Virus record (IMG/VR): IMGVR_UViG_3300021399_000117
Coordinates: 1-64,000 of that record
Reading direction: 5' to 3' (one strand)
From: a virus
Taxonomy: Duplodnaviria > Caudoviricetes
Length of the DNA: 64,000 bases
Positions 1 through 9,065 of the stretch are shown here, in pieces. A program made the translations under genes and the position numbers. The notes beneath the pieces are model-generated. The model did not search any database. It saw only the letters and a program-made list of their open reading frames with translations, and had not been told where the DNA came from. Position 1 is the first letter of the stretch. Each line of letters begins with the position of its first letter.

Positions 1-42
1 CACAAAAAACTCGCGAAAAAAAAATAAGTAAACTGAACAAAC

Positions 43-333
43 ATGACTAATAAAGAACTAAAACGCTACGATTACATCCTAGCCAAAAAAGACGCAAACA
101 TTCTTTTATCTTTGTCTGAACAACAGTTCCTGATCCTGCACAAGAAAGAATACGAGGAGTCTGGACACCAGGAAGAACTGTTGAACAGGATCGATGCAGC
201 AATCCTTCGTAAGGTGTATCGATTACCTGAGGACACGGATATGAATGCTTTCCTCAAAGAACGCAGACGTATCGTACTTCGGAAAAAGTTCGCACACTTA
301 TTGATGGATGAGGAAAACAGTAGACTCAAATAA
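43..333 (+). CDS. hypothetical protein
   Basis: 96-aa ORF, ATG after an A-rich leader, in a tightly packed plus-strand run. Confidence 0.7.
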   Translation: MTNKELKRYDYILAKKDANILLSLSEQQFLILHKKEYEESGHQEELLNRIDAAILRKVYRLPEDTDMNAFLKERRRIVLRKKFAHLLMDEENSRLK

Positions 334-341
334 ACAATAAA

Positions 342-578
342 ATGATGGAGACAAAACATTACACAATCGAAGATATATTAGACATCAGCAAATCACATGG
401 GGGTGCAATGAAGGATTTTATAATGGATTGTTATAATAAAGGATTGATTAACCTTTACCACACCTATGGTACCCGAGATAGATGGGTAAAAACTGAACGA
501 GACGCATTAGACTCAGTCCTTGAGTACCCACAAATTTATACAATAAGAATAGAACTAAAAGAAAAACAAATCCGATAA
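342..578 (+). CDS. hypothetical protein
   Basis: 78-aa ORF, closely packed. Confidence 0.65.
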   Translation: MMETKHYTIEDILDISKSHGGAMKDFIMDCYNKGLINLYHTYGTRDRWVKTERDALDSVLEYPQIYTIRIELKEKQIR

Positions 579-581
579 CAT

Positions 582-833
582 ATGAAATTCACAGACTATA
601 AGCATTTCATGATAGTGTCTATGAGCACTGCTCTAATGATGCAAACAAATCCTCATTTTACTTTTTCTATGCCTGAGCCTGTAGAAGAAGCACCATATTC
701 AAATATGGATTTACATATGGGTGGTACAATGATGTACGATGTACCGAAAACAGATGATTATCCTGATGGTAAGATGCATGTTGCTATTTATGTAGATTCT
801 AATTTACCTTTTATATATCCAAATGGAATATGA
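582..833 (+). CDS. hypothetical protein
   Basis: 83-aa ORF with ATGA overlap into the next gene. Confidence 0.6.
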   Translation: MKFTDYKHFMIVSMSTALMMQTNPHFTFSMPEPVEEAPYSNMDLHMGGTMMYDVPKTDDYPDGKMHVAIYVDSNLPFIYPNGI

Positions 834-1042
834 GCAGACAAAAGTTTTTTCCGGGAGACACAGTCATCCTTAATCGACGTTGGCAAACCATATATAATGG
901 AATAGGCGACAGTACAGGAACCGTCATGGAGGCTGAGAAAGTACCTGGTCGATTAAGATATTGGGTAGTATTCGAAGGAAAGAAGTTTTCCAAAAGTACA
1001 TACAGTTATCAATTGGATCTAGTTCGCAGTGACTATGATTAA
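830..1042 (+). CDS. small KOW/SH3-like hypothetical protein
   Basis: KFFPGDTV...GTV...RYWVVF...YSYQL; paralogous to the N-terminus of 1745..2428. Confidence 0.6.
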   Translation: MSRQKFFPGDTVILNRRWQTIYNGIGDSTGTVMEAEKVPGRLRYWVVFEGKKFSKSTYSYQLDLVRSDYD

Positions 1043-1059
1043 AAAAATATGGAAGAATT

Positions 1060-1096
1060 CACTAAAGGTTTCTTCCATTTTTCATATATTTATACA
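1060..1096 (+). promoter_or_regulatory. putative phage early/middle promoter CAYTAAA-N18-TATATTTATACA
   Basis: Motif recurs upstream of at least 7 plus-strand gene runs. Confidence 0.65.
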
Positions 1097-1116
1097 ACAC
1101 AAAGATAATATACTAT

Positions 1117-1446
1117 ATGAACAACACCACATTCAAAAAAGGAGAAACAGTTATCGCACATCCAGGTAATAGACGAGAACCGATATTGTACATGATAGTC
1201 AAGACGGTCACAGACAAGTACGTTTCCTGTGTTGATGAGACAGGCCGAGTGCGCAAGTTTAATAACGATGGGAAATGGTTTCATTGGAATGAATGGATGA
1301 CCTATCGCCTCTATCACAACATGGATGAGGTTTGTAAGGAAGAAGCGGACGACCGACTTCTATTTCAGTTTCAAGAGGATGCAGCAAGAAAGTTGTTCAC
1401 ACCAGAAGAGATCAGAAAGTTTTACGAAATCCATAATGCACGATGA
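1117..1446 (+). CDS. hypothetical protein (KOW-like N-terminus FKKGETV)
   Basis: 109-aa ORF directly after the promoter motif. Confidence 0.65.
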   Translation: MNNTTFKKGETVIAHPGNRREPILYMIVKTVTDKYVSCVDETGRVRKFNNDGKWFHWNEWMTYRLYHNMDEVCKEEADDRLLFQFQEDAARKLFTPEEIRKFYEIHNAR

Positions 1447-1748
1447 ATAAACCAGAACATCACTACCGCAACGTAGATGGGCGGGTATATATGAAACCCG
1501 CAAAGAATAGACGTGTCAAAAAATCTCTCGCTGAGATGAACCACGCGGTCAAGGAAAACAAAGCTGCGCTTCAACAGATGTACGATTCGGCAGACGAATT
1601 GGAACGAAGTGGTTTCTTTGGTAAGCTAGGTGCCATGTTCGTTCGCGCGGTATATATTCCGATCACAGAACGTTTGGTAAGAGCATCTGAAGAGATGTAT
1701 CGGGGTTGCAAAAATCAAGTCAAATCACAATATATCATTTCGAAATGA
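1443..1748 (+). CDS. hypothetical protein
   Basis: 101-aa ORF with ATGA overlaps at both ends. Confidence 0.65.
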   Translation: MNKPEHHYRNVDGRVYMKPAKNRRVKKSLAEMNHAVKENKAALQQMYDSADELERSGFFGKLGAMFVRAVYIPITERLVRASEEMYRGCKNQVKSQYIISK

Positions 1749-2428
1749 GCAAACAGAAATTCAAAAAAGGAGATAACATTCTCGTTATCAAAGGTATACA
1801 CAAAGGCATGAGAGGTACCGTTCGAAGCGCCCTGGAAGGTGACGGCCGCGTTCGTTATCTGGTAGTATTCAAGTCTTTCAAAGCTCATATGTACAGTTAT
1901 CAGATGAGACTTGATGCTGTATCGGATGAATCTGCTATCAAACACGCGGTAGAATCCACAGACAATCACGAAAAATCTGTGTTGAAACCTGGCTCATATG
2001 TGATGCTCTCCAAACGAGGTCTGGCAAAAGTCCGTATAGACGGTATAACTGCTACGGGACACAGTTACGACTGGGTGTGTGATCATAATTTCCATACTAT
2101 AAACAGCGTGGATACGTTTGGTGGTATAAACTTCTATACTCTGATGGGATTTGTCAACACCTATCACTTCACTGAAGAGGACTTGTTGTGTCCTAAATAC
2201 GGAGTGGGGGACAAGATTCAGTTTACACGTGAAACGTTGGTCAAGCTCGGCGTTGAACTATCTGGGTATTACAAGGATGACACCATAAACAAATTACCGC
2301 AGAACATAATTGGTCCGCGCAAGGTGTTGAGTATATACTACCGGGACGACAAAGCGTTGTATCAACTAGATGGTGAATGCTTTGGTAAGTTTTTCTACGA
2401 ACACGAAATAGAACCAGCAAATGATTAA
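1745..2428 (+). CDS. hypothetical protein with about 3 KOW/SH3-like modules
   Basis: KFKKGDNI, LKPGSYV and KYGVGDKI module starts; ATG at 1745 overlaps the upstream stop. Confidence 0.65.
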   Translation: MSKQKFKKGDNILVIKGIHKGMRGTVRSALEGDGRVRYLVVFKSFKAHMYSYQMRLDAVSDESAIKHAVESTDNHEKSVLKPGSYVMLSKRGLAKVRIDGITATGHSYDWVCDHNFHTINSVDTFGGINFYTLMGFVNTYHFTEEDLLCPKYGVGDKIQFTRETLVKLGVELSGYYKDDTINKLPQNIIGPRKVLSIYYRDDKALYQLDGECFGKFFYEHEIEPAND

Positions 2429-2534
2429 CAGCATCAAATTTCCAAAGAAAGAAAAACGAATAAATGAACTTCTAGAACAAAATCCAAATATTGATTGGGC
2501 AAAGGTTGTTCTATGTTAAAAAAAATAACAAATT

Positions 2535-3143
2535 ATGACAAGAGAAGAATGGTTAAGACATGCAGTTGAAGAGCTGAACGCTACTGTCTTCAAAGGTGAC
2601 TTGGATTTGCTCAATCATGACTTCCAGATTGCCTGCGGACGAGTTCGCGGTTCTAAACCTACAGAAACGATCCAACCATACGAAGGTGAGGACGTGAGCT
2701 TGGATGACTTCTTCCCAACCACAATCAGTGTCAACTTCACTATTAAGGATCCTATCGAGATACTTACGACACTGGCTTACGAGTGTATCCATGCCTTTTT
2801 TAATGTGAAGGGGTCTGGTAAGGCATTCAAGAAACTAGCCGAGACGTACTATTTCGAAGCACCTTACAAAGAAGTCCATGCTAGCGACTATCTTAAGGAA
2901 TTGATTCAGACCTCCTATGAGCACTTGGTAAAGAACTATGGCAAGTTCCCAGGTGTCCCGGTTGTGTTCCCAAAAGAAGAGTCCAAGCAGGGTAAGAAGA
3001 ACGTGCTGGTGGCGTTCTGTCCTGAATGTGGTTACGAGCTCAAAATTTCTCGTAAGACTCTGGAGAAGTACAACAATGGACTGCCTACGTGTCCCTGTGG
3101 AACAAAGATGGCTCTGGATCTGTCTGACGAAGAAAACAACTAA
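2535..3143 (+). CDS. SprT-like protein with C-terminal Zn finger and degenerate HExxH
   Basis: TREEWL start, LAYECIHA, GSGKAFKK, CPECG...CPCG. Confidence 0.6.
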   Translation: MTREEWLRHAVEELNATVFKGDLDLLNHDFQIACGRVRGSKPTETIQPYEGEDVSLDDFFPTTISVNFTIKDPIEILTTLAYECIHAFFNVKGSGKAFKKLAETYYFEAPYKEVHASDYLKELIQTSYEHLVKNYGKFPGVPVVFPKEESKQGKKNVLVAFCPECGYELKISRKTLEKYNNGLPTCPCGTKMALDLSDEENN

Positions 3144-3510
3144 CTCAAACATTTTCAAAAATAAACTCGCTTGATATGGATACTACTTCTGGACAATACA
3201 TCACAGATACTATCCGAATGAGGGGTATCATGAGAATACTTAATCGCACTGGTACGGCTGGGTTGAAAGGTATATACATATCCAAAGATGGGAGTCATGT
3301 CAGGTTTGATCTAAGTGATGAAACCGAATTCTAACAAGATAAAGGTGTCTCAAGTGGATATGGAGCACTTTCCTTACGAAAGCCTCAAGGTAGATCCTTA
3401 CTGGGACGATTTGTACAACCCTAGAAATCACTAACGCAGTCGCGGAAATCGCGCAGCGGGACTCCGTTAAAGATTTCTGGGGTTTTTTATATTTTAATTA
3501 CACATTTCAA

Positions 3511-4128
3511 ATGATTTTCAATATGAATAACAAGGCATTCTATTTCATTTTTATCTGGTTCTTTTTCATCACTGCCTATACTGTTATAGGTCCTAAGGGT
3601 TCAGAACCTCAAAAACAACAAGTAGAAATCACCCAAGACACCGTGTCACTGGACTCACTTGTATCAGAGGTAGATTCTTATATACAGACAGTCGCGCCTG
3701 GTTCGGATTTATCAGGTTATGCTGTAGTAGATGCCTGTCTCAAACATAACATGGACATCGTGTTTGTACTAGCACAAGGACAGAAGGAATCGCATTTTGG
3801 CACAGTTGGTGTAGCGCGAAAGACAAACTCGGTGTTCAACGTGATGTCTTACGATGATCGTTCCGCGGATGAAATACTGTCCCGTGGACACGGTTACACA
3901 CATCCAGATCAATCTGTAGAACCCTATATACGTCTGATTCGTAATGACTACATGGTAGGTGGTAAGACAACACAAGACTTGATGACATGTTTCGTCAATA
4001 AGAACGGACATCGATACGCCAGCAATCCACATTACGAAGAGTCCTTACAACGTCTATATAACAAGATAGATAGCACTACCAGGATATCAGAATTGTATAG
4101 CAAGTGTACCTCCTATAATTTTCACTAA
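3511..4128 (+). CDS. glucosaminidase (GH73)-like peptidoglycan hydrolase with N-terminal membrane anchor
   Basis: Hydrophobic N-terminal segment; LAQGQKESHFG, NSVFNV, YASNPHYEESL motifs. Confidence 0.6.
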   Translation: MIFNMNNKAFYFIFIWFFFITAYTVIGPKGSEPQKQQVEITQDTVSLDSLVSEVDSYIQTVAPGSDLSGYAVVDACLKHNMDIVFVLAQGQKESHFGTVGVARKTNSVFNVMSYDDRSADEILSRGHGYTHPDQSVEPYIRLIRNDYMVGGKTTQDLMTCFVNKNGHRYASNPHYEESLQRLYNKIDSTTRISELYSKCTSYNFH

Positions 4129-4159
4129 AATCTGGGGCGCCTTTTCATATATTTATACA
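4123..4159 (+). promoter_or_regulatory. putative early/middle promoter
   Basis: CACTAAA-N18-TATATTTATACA. Confidence 0.65.
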
Positions 4160-4172
4160 TAACAAGAACAAT

Positions 4173-4886
4173 ATGGAATTAACAAAGATGCAAACAGAAG
4201 ACGGGATAAAAAGATTTGAGTTCAAGGACGGTTCCAAGGTGTGGTTTACTTCAGACACTCACTTCTCGCACGCAAATATCATTCGTTTTTGTAAACGTCC
4301 ATTTGCAAACATCCAAGAGATGAATGAGTTTATCATCAACGAATGGAACAAGGTAATCGGACCTGACGACACCGTTTTCCACTTAGGGGATTTCGCCTGG
4401 GGTGGGTCCGCAGTATGGACTGATGTCCTTTCTCGTCTGAACGGACACAAGATTCTGATTATTGGCAACCACGACATCAAGAACCTACGAGCCAACTATT
4501 CAAAGTACTTTGACGCAATCACATTTCAAATGCAGATCCTGGTAGAAGGACAGACGATTATCCTCAATCACTATCCATTCCTCGCGTTCGGTGGTGCCTA
4601 TCGCGACCAGCCGGTATGGCAACTGTTCGGCCACGTACACTCTCAGAAACATCAGTACGGATTCAATCATATCCTAGACCTGGAGGTCAAAGAAATCCTC
4701 GGTAAAGACACATCACGTCTCCGCTACCTGCTTCCTACTCAGTACGATGTGGGTGTAGATAACAACGGTTACATGCCTATCAACTTCTACCAAGTAAAAG
4801 ACATCATCACCAATCAAGTCGCTTACAGCAAGATGAATTGGTTCGAACGTCTGAAAACAAGATTAAAAAATAAATTAACAAGATAA
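4173..4886 (+). CDS. calcineurin-like metallophosphoesterase
   Basis: SDTH, LGD, GNHD, HYP and GHVH motifs. Confidence 0.9.
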   Translation: MELTKMQTEDGIKRFEFKDGSKVWFTSDTHFSHANIIRFCKRPFANIQEMNEFIINEWNKVIGPDDTVFHLGDFAWGGSAVWTDVLSRLNGHKILIIGNHDIKNLRANYSKYFDAITFQMQILVEGQTIILNHYPFLAFGGAYRDQPVWQLFGHVHSQKHQYGFNHILDLEVKEILGKDTSRLRYLLPTQYDVGVDNNGYMPINFYQVKDIITNQVAYSKMNWFERLKTRLKNKLTR

Positions 4887-5107
4887 TGACAACAGCTGTA
4901 ATTAAAAACATCCTTGACTTCGCAGAAGGCGGAGCTATTCAATCCATAGTAGTAAGCGGTGAACGACTCTCGTTTTTCAAAGAAAAAAGTCAGGGTGCTC
5001 GAGAGTACGGGTTGAACGAAGAAGCCGGGATCCTACAAATCAATGATCAACATGGTATGTTATTCGTTGCTGTAGAAAATATAAACGCCATTCAAATGGC
5101 ACTATAA
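4886..5107 (+). CDS. hypothetical protein
   Basis: 73 aa, TAATG-coupled to the upstream gene. Confidence 0.6.
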   Translation: MTTAVIKNILDFAEGGAIQSIVVSGERLSFFKEKSQGAREYGLNEEAGILQINDQHGMLFVAVENINAIQMAL

Positions 5108-5110
5108 TAT

Positions 5111-5401
5111 ATGAAAATTTTTCATCTCCGTTATCTCAAGGCTATGAAATGGAGCCTTCCCCCATCTTGTAACATTCAGTGTTTACTACAGTTCTTTGGA
5201 ATAGCAGTGCACAATCCGTTCCGGGATGAGTGTTGCATGGATTTTGAGTGCTGCAATCCACGAGAAGATTCTACTTGCTGGTTGCATATCGATATTCGCG
5301 ATCTGCCTTTTGTACGTACAACCTGGTGCGAGGCCACAGCACCAGTCGGTACACCCAATCGTAATTTCATCAAAAAAACCAAATGGGTGCGGAAATGCTG
5401 A
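5111..5401 (+). CDS. Cys-rich hypothetical protein
   Basis: 96 aa, VHNPFRDECCMDFECC. Confidence 0.55.
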   Translation: MKIFHLRYLKAMKWSLPPSCNIQCLLQFFGIAVHNPFRDECCMDFECCNPREDSTCWLHIDIRDLPFVRTTWCEATAPVGTPNRNFIKKTKWVRKC

Positions 5402-6342
5402 GAGTACTATTCACCGATACACACTTCGGGGTGCGTCAGAACTCGATCACCTGGTTGGAATCCCAGATGGCTTTCCTGGATAACGAGCTCATCCCATGGT
5501 TGGAGTCGCATCAGGACGAAGAGATTCGTTTAATACACCTCGGAGATGTATTTGATTCACGTTCCAGCATATCTCCCATGGTAGCCAAAAGGGTTCGCGA
5601 AAAGTTCCTCGAGTTAAGATCCTTGGTAAAAGAGTTCTATATCGTGGCAGGCAACCATGACTTTTATTCACCAGAGCGGGATGATATTGACTCTTTGAAT
5701 CTGGTGTTCAAAGACTGCGACATCAGATTGGTCATAGATGAATGTGTAATCGAAGGAGAGGACATGTTTGTTCCGTGGTACGAGTTTAAGAAACAGAAAG
5801 AAGTGTTGGAGTTAAGATTAGCTCATCCTGAGGTCAAAAACATATACACGCACGCAGACATTTTCGGAGAAGACAAATACAAACTCGGAGTCAAGGTATT
5901 TTCAGGACACATTCATATACCCCAGATAGATGCGAGCCAGGGTCTGTACAATCTCGGATCTTGCTATGCACTGAACTTCGCAGACTATAATCATCCACGA
6001 TTCTGGTACGTATACGACGGACAGCACTTAAATCCTGTTGCTAATGAGTCGAGCATTCGATTCTGGCGCTTGTACAATGATGAGATTTTCAATATTCCTG
6101 GTACGTCAAAAGACTACTACGAACTGTATGTCGATCAACTCAACATGCAGAATCCCGAATACGCTAATAGAATATCCGAGTTGGCTAAGATATACAAGAA
6201 CATCTGGGTCATCCCCATCATCAGACCTAGCTTGGATGAGAGCGAAGAACTCGCGTCGTATGACATTGATGAGATTTGCCGAAGCATGATTCCTAAACAT
6301 CTTAAAAAGAAATTTAAGATGGTGGAAGAAGCTATAAAGTAA
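5383..6342 (+). CDS. Mre11/SbcD-like recombination nuclease subunit (T4 gp47-like)
   Basis: TDTHFG, HLGDVFD, AGNHD, SGHIH and LGS motifs; start may be 5395. Confidence 0.85.
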   Translation: MGAEMLRVLFTDTHFGVRQNSITWLESQMAFLDNELIPWLESHQDEEIRLIHLGDVFDSRSSISPMVAKRVREKFLELRSLVKEFYIVAGNHDFYSPERDDIDSLNLVFKDCDIRLVIDECVIEGEDMFVPWYEFKKQKEVLELRLAHPEVKNIYTHADIFGEDKYKLGVKVFSGHIHIPQIDASQGLYNLGSCYALNFADYNHPRFWYVYDGQHLNPVANESSIRFWRLYNDEIFNIPGTSKDYYELYVDQLNMQNPEYANRISELAKIYKNIWVIPIIRPSLDESEELASYDIDEICRSMIPKHLKKKFKMVEEAIK

Positions 6343-6380
6343 GGTTCGAATTCTTATATATTATATCAAATCAAAAGTAT

Positions 6381-6923
6381 ATGTCAAGATTTATATTCAC
6401 CGGTGCACAAGGAACGGGTAAGACAACTATCCTGAATCACTTTAAGGAATGCGGTATGAATGTGATTACCGAAGTGGTTCGCAACCTCTCCAAACAAGGG
6501 GTACAAATCAATGAGCAAGGCACCCAACAGGGTCAAGAAACCATATTCAACGAGTACATCAAGCTATTAAGTCAAAAAGATCCATACATTTCCGATCGAG
6601 GTCTGACTGATGTGATCTCATATTCATGTTGCTTACAAGAGAGCGGACGAGTATCTATGGATTTCGTTCGCGATCAGATTAAGACGCTCAAACAATTCAC
6701 CGAAAACAATCCGGATGTGGTCTATTTCTATTTCCCGATTGAGTTCCCGGTGGTCAATGATGGTGTGCGTAGCACAGACGAAGCATTCCGCACCAAGGTA
6801 GACGCATACATCCTTGATCTGTTGGAACGTGTAGGTCTCCCATACATCAAGGTGACCGGATCTGTTGAAGAACGAATCAAGATAGTTGAGACTGCGATGA
6901 AGATTGAGATCTCTCACAAGTAA
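6381..6923 (+). CDS. NadR/AAA_28-type P-loop ATPase or kinase
   Basis: GAQGTGKT Walker A, ISDRGLTD, DGVR, GSVEER. Confidence 0.8.
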   Translation: MSRFIFTGAQGTGKTTILNHFKECGMNVITEVVRNLSKQGVQINEQGTQQGQETIFNEYIKLLSQKDPYISDRGLTDVISYSCCLQESGRVSMDFVRDQIKTLKQFTENNPDVVYFYFPIEFPVVNDGVRSTDEAFRTKVDAYILDLLERVGLPYIKVTGSVEERIKIVETAMKIEISHK

Positions 6924-6925
6924 TC

Positions 6926-7019
6926 AAAAATCTTTGATATAAAGAAAGATCTCCTTTCAGGTAATAAAGTGTAAAGCCTGGAGGAGATCTTTTGTTATAC
7001 TCGAAATAATCGCGCAATA
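6926..7019. repeat. dispersed AGATCT-core palindromic element, copy 1
   Basis: Inverted arms AAAGATCTCC/GGAGATCTTT; AGATCT cores at 6947 and 6985; highly similar to 37762..37855. Confidence 0.9.
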
Positions 7020-7029
7020 AATCGATTTT

Positions 7030-8649
7030 TTAATGAGCAGCATATCCGTGACCTGAATAGAAGTGTCGTGCCAAGTCGTTAATCACGCAGTTAGGGTGTT
7101 GGGTAGTGTACTTGATAGATTCTTTGATAGCATCAGTTGTACCGAGGTCCCTGTTGTACAGTTTGATATTGGTTATCATACATGGATATGGTTGAATGTA
7201 ACATTCTTGTTTCACGCCTACTTCCATATCCAAATCATATTTGCTTGTTTCGGAGTAGTACGGTTCTTCCTCAAACCAGTACATCTCTGGACGGAGCATG
7301 TATTTAGGCACATCTTCTTGATGGACGTACTTGTACAGTTCCATACTAACAGTATATAACTTACGATTCCAACGAAGGATAACCAGGCTGGTGGTGAATT
7401 GTGGTATCTCCACACTCATCCCATTGAATACCATGGTGTACATACCTGTATGAGCGTCTTGTGACATGCTAACTTGTATAGGTCCAAAGTTGATAATGTT
7501 TTGTCCTTCGGTGGGCTGACCCTGTGTCTGTAATATAAAGGACAGAGTACCGTCCGCGCCACAATATCCATTTTGATATGTAATGACAGCGCCAGGATTC
7601 TTAAATTTGTATATGGTTCGAGCGACTACGTTGCTGTGATGGTTGTACTGGTAATCGATAACAGATACGTCTTCTTTCGAATATTTTTGTCTTACAGCAT
7701 CTTGCATAGAAATGTCGTATAAATTTGTAGCAGCATATGATGGAGAGGTAAGTGGAGTGGCTCCTGTCAATCTATCCTGTTCATTACGTTCTTGTTGACC
7801 GAACACCTCTTCATAAGTATTGAGGTTGAGATTATCAATGAGACCGTTTATTTCATCCGGTATATTGATATTGGTAGAATCCTCGTACTTGATGAGAGAA
7901 AGTTTCCAAGTGGTGGGTCTCCACATCAATCCCTCGTTCTTCTCATCGTAAGCTGTGTTCACAGTCCACATACGTTTCATCATAGGTATATATATGAAAT
8001 CACGTTGTTTGGGAAACGCAGTATCGCCGAACGCCGTGGCGAACTCGGTCTTACCTACCTCCACATCCCAATCATTTTGCCAATCGAAATCAAGTGCAGT
8101 AAACTTAGGGTTGGAAGAAGGCATGGTACCGTCTGGAATCATTAGATTGATCTGCTTGACTGTTTCTACTTCATGAAGGATGTATTCTTTAAATGTGTAA
8201 TCAGCAGTATCTGCGTTAGGTTTTACCTTGAAGTAGTATACAGGTATACCAAACATACAGATGATGCTGTCTGCCAGTTGTTGTTGGAGTAGTAAGGCGC
8301 AATCCAGATTGTTGTAAGGCTTAAATAAGTTAGCGTTCCCACAGAACGTCTCCAGGAACGGATTGGTAGCGTCTACACATATACTGTAACAATTGGTAAA
8401 CAGATTGTTGATGGATACCTTCTCGAACGAATCAAACAGTAGTATGCGGAGATAGAACTCTTCTTCTATATTTTTACAAATACTCAAATAATGAGCATAG
8501 TCTGTCCAGGTGGTCCAACAAACCAGATCATTCGACCAACTGTACATGCAGTTTTTTGTAATGTCTATACCATCACAATTGAACACCTGAATAGGTCCAT
8601 AACTGACTGCTTCATTAAACTGTAGTATTCGTTTTATTACACAACTCAT
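7030..8649 (-). CDS. neck protein (T4 gp14-like N-terminal region)
   Basis: MFGIPVYYF...KFTALDFDWQ...PKQRDFIYIPMMKRMWTV pattern; preceded by TTATTATA. Confidence 0.55.
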   Translation of the reverse strand: MSCVIKRILQFNEAVSYGPIQVFNCDGIDITKNCMYSWSNDLVCWTTWTDYAHYLSICKNIEEEFYLRILLFDSFEKVSINNLFTNCYSICVDATNPFLETFCGNANLFKPYNNLDCALLLQQQLADSIICMFGIPVYYFKVKPNADTADYTFKEYILHEVETVKQINLMIPDGTMPSSNPKFTALDFDWQNDWDVEVGKTEFATAFGDTAFPKQRDFIYIPMMKRMWTVNTAYDEKNEGLMWRPTTWKLSLIKYEDSTNINIPDEINGLIDNLNLNTYEEVFGQQERNEQDRLTGATPLTSPSYAATNLYDISMQDAVRQKYSKEDVSVIDYQYNHHSNVVARTIYKFKNPGAVITYQNGYCGADGTLSFILQTQGQPTEGQNIINFGPIQVSMSQDAHTGMYTMVFNGMSVEIPQFTTSLVILRWNRKLYTVSMELYKYVHQEDVPKYMLRPEMYWFEEEPYYSETSKYDLDMEVGVKQECYIQPYPCMITNIKLYNRDLGTTDAIKESIKYTTQHPNCVINDLARHFYSGHGYAAH

Positions 8650-8656
8650 ATGATAA

Positions 8657-8664
8657 TATAATAA
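8657..8664 (-). promoter_or_regulatory. putative late promoter TTATTATA
   Basis: Exact motif found before 8 structural/late genes. Confidence 0.6.
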
Positions 8665-8693
8665 GATCGGGTCCCTGGTGTGGAGACCCGATC
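8665..8693 (-). terminator. GC-rich hairpin, probable intrinsic terminator
   Basis: GATCGGGTC...GACCCGATC just after the stop of 8700..9065. Confidence 0.55.
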
Positions 8694-8699
8694 ATCTGT

Positions 8700-9065
8700 T
8701 TAGAATTTGCCTGTGGTAGGCATCTTTATTGTGGAAGGCATTTTGAAATCAGGCATCTTAGGCATCTTAGGCATACTGTTACTCATCATCTTCTGCATAG
8801 CCCCGGGTTTAGTCATCTTCATAGCGTCTTTTGCGCCAGACTTGTCCAGTTCACTCTTTTGTTGTTCGTTTTCATCTTTAACCAGACGTTCTAGTTCTTT
8901 GGTAAATAACTCGAACTCCCAAAAGGCCATCTTGTCTATTTCAGAAGGTTGGATGCTAAACGCCTTACAAAGTTGTGCCTTGATCGATATAAGATCCATA
9001 GGATCTACCATGAAGAGGTGATAAATCGCCTCTTCAAAGTAGGTAGCCTTATCATCTAGAACCAA
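8700..9065 (-). CDS. baseplate hub assembly or tail chaperone (T4 gp51/GpE-like)
   Basis: LCKAFSIQPSEIDKMAFWEFELF motif; follows the gp26-like gene; TTG start at 9065 or ATG at 9011. Confidence 0.55.
   Translation of the reverse strand: MVLDDKATYFEEAIYHLFMVDPMDLISIKAQLCKAFSIQPSEIDKMAFWEFELFTKELERLVKDENEQQKSELDKSGAKDAMKMTKPGAMQKMMSNSMPKMPKMPDFKMPSTIKMPTTGKF

Noticed and set aside
3435-3470. GC-rich intergenic stretch as tRNA or ncRNA
   Set aside because: Too short, with no cloverleaf or T-loop (GTTCRA) signature; at most a small hairpin. No tRNA genes were recognised anywhere in the window.
6926-7019. AGATCT palindromes as a MITE or IS remnant
   Set aside because: No target-site duplications or transposase were seen, and the consistent placement and orientation at ends of transcription blocks argues for function. 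A REP-like mobile origin cannot be fully excluded.
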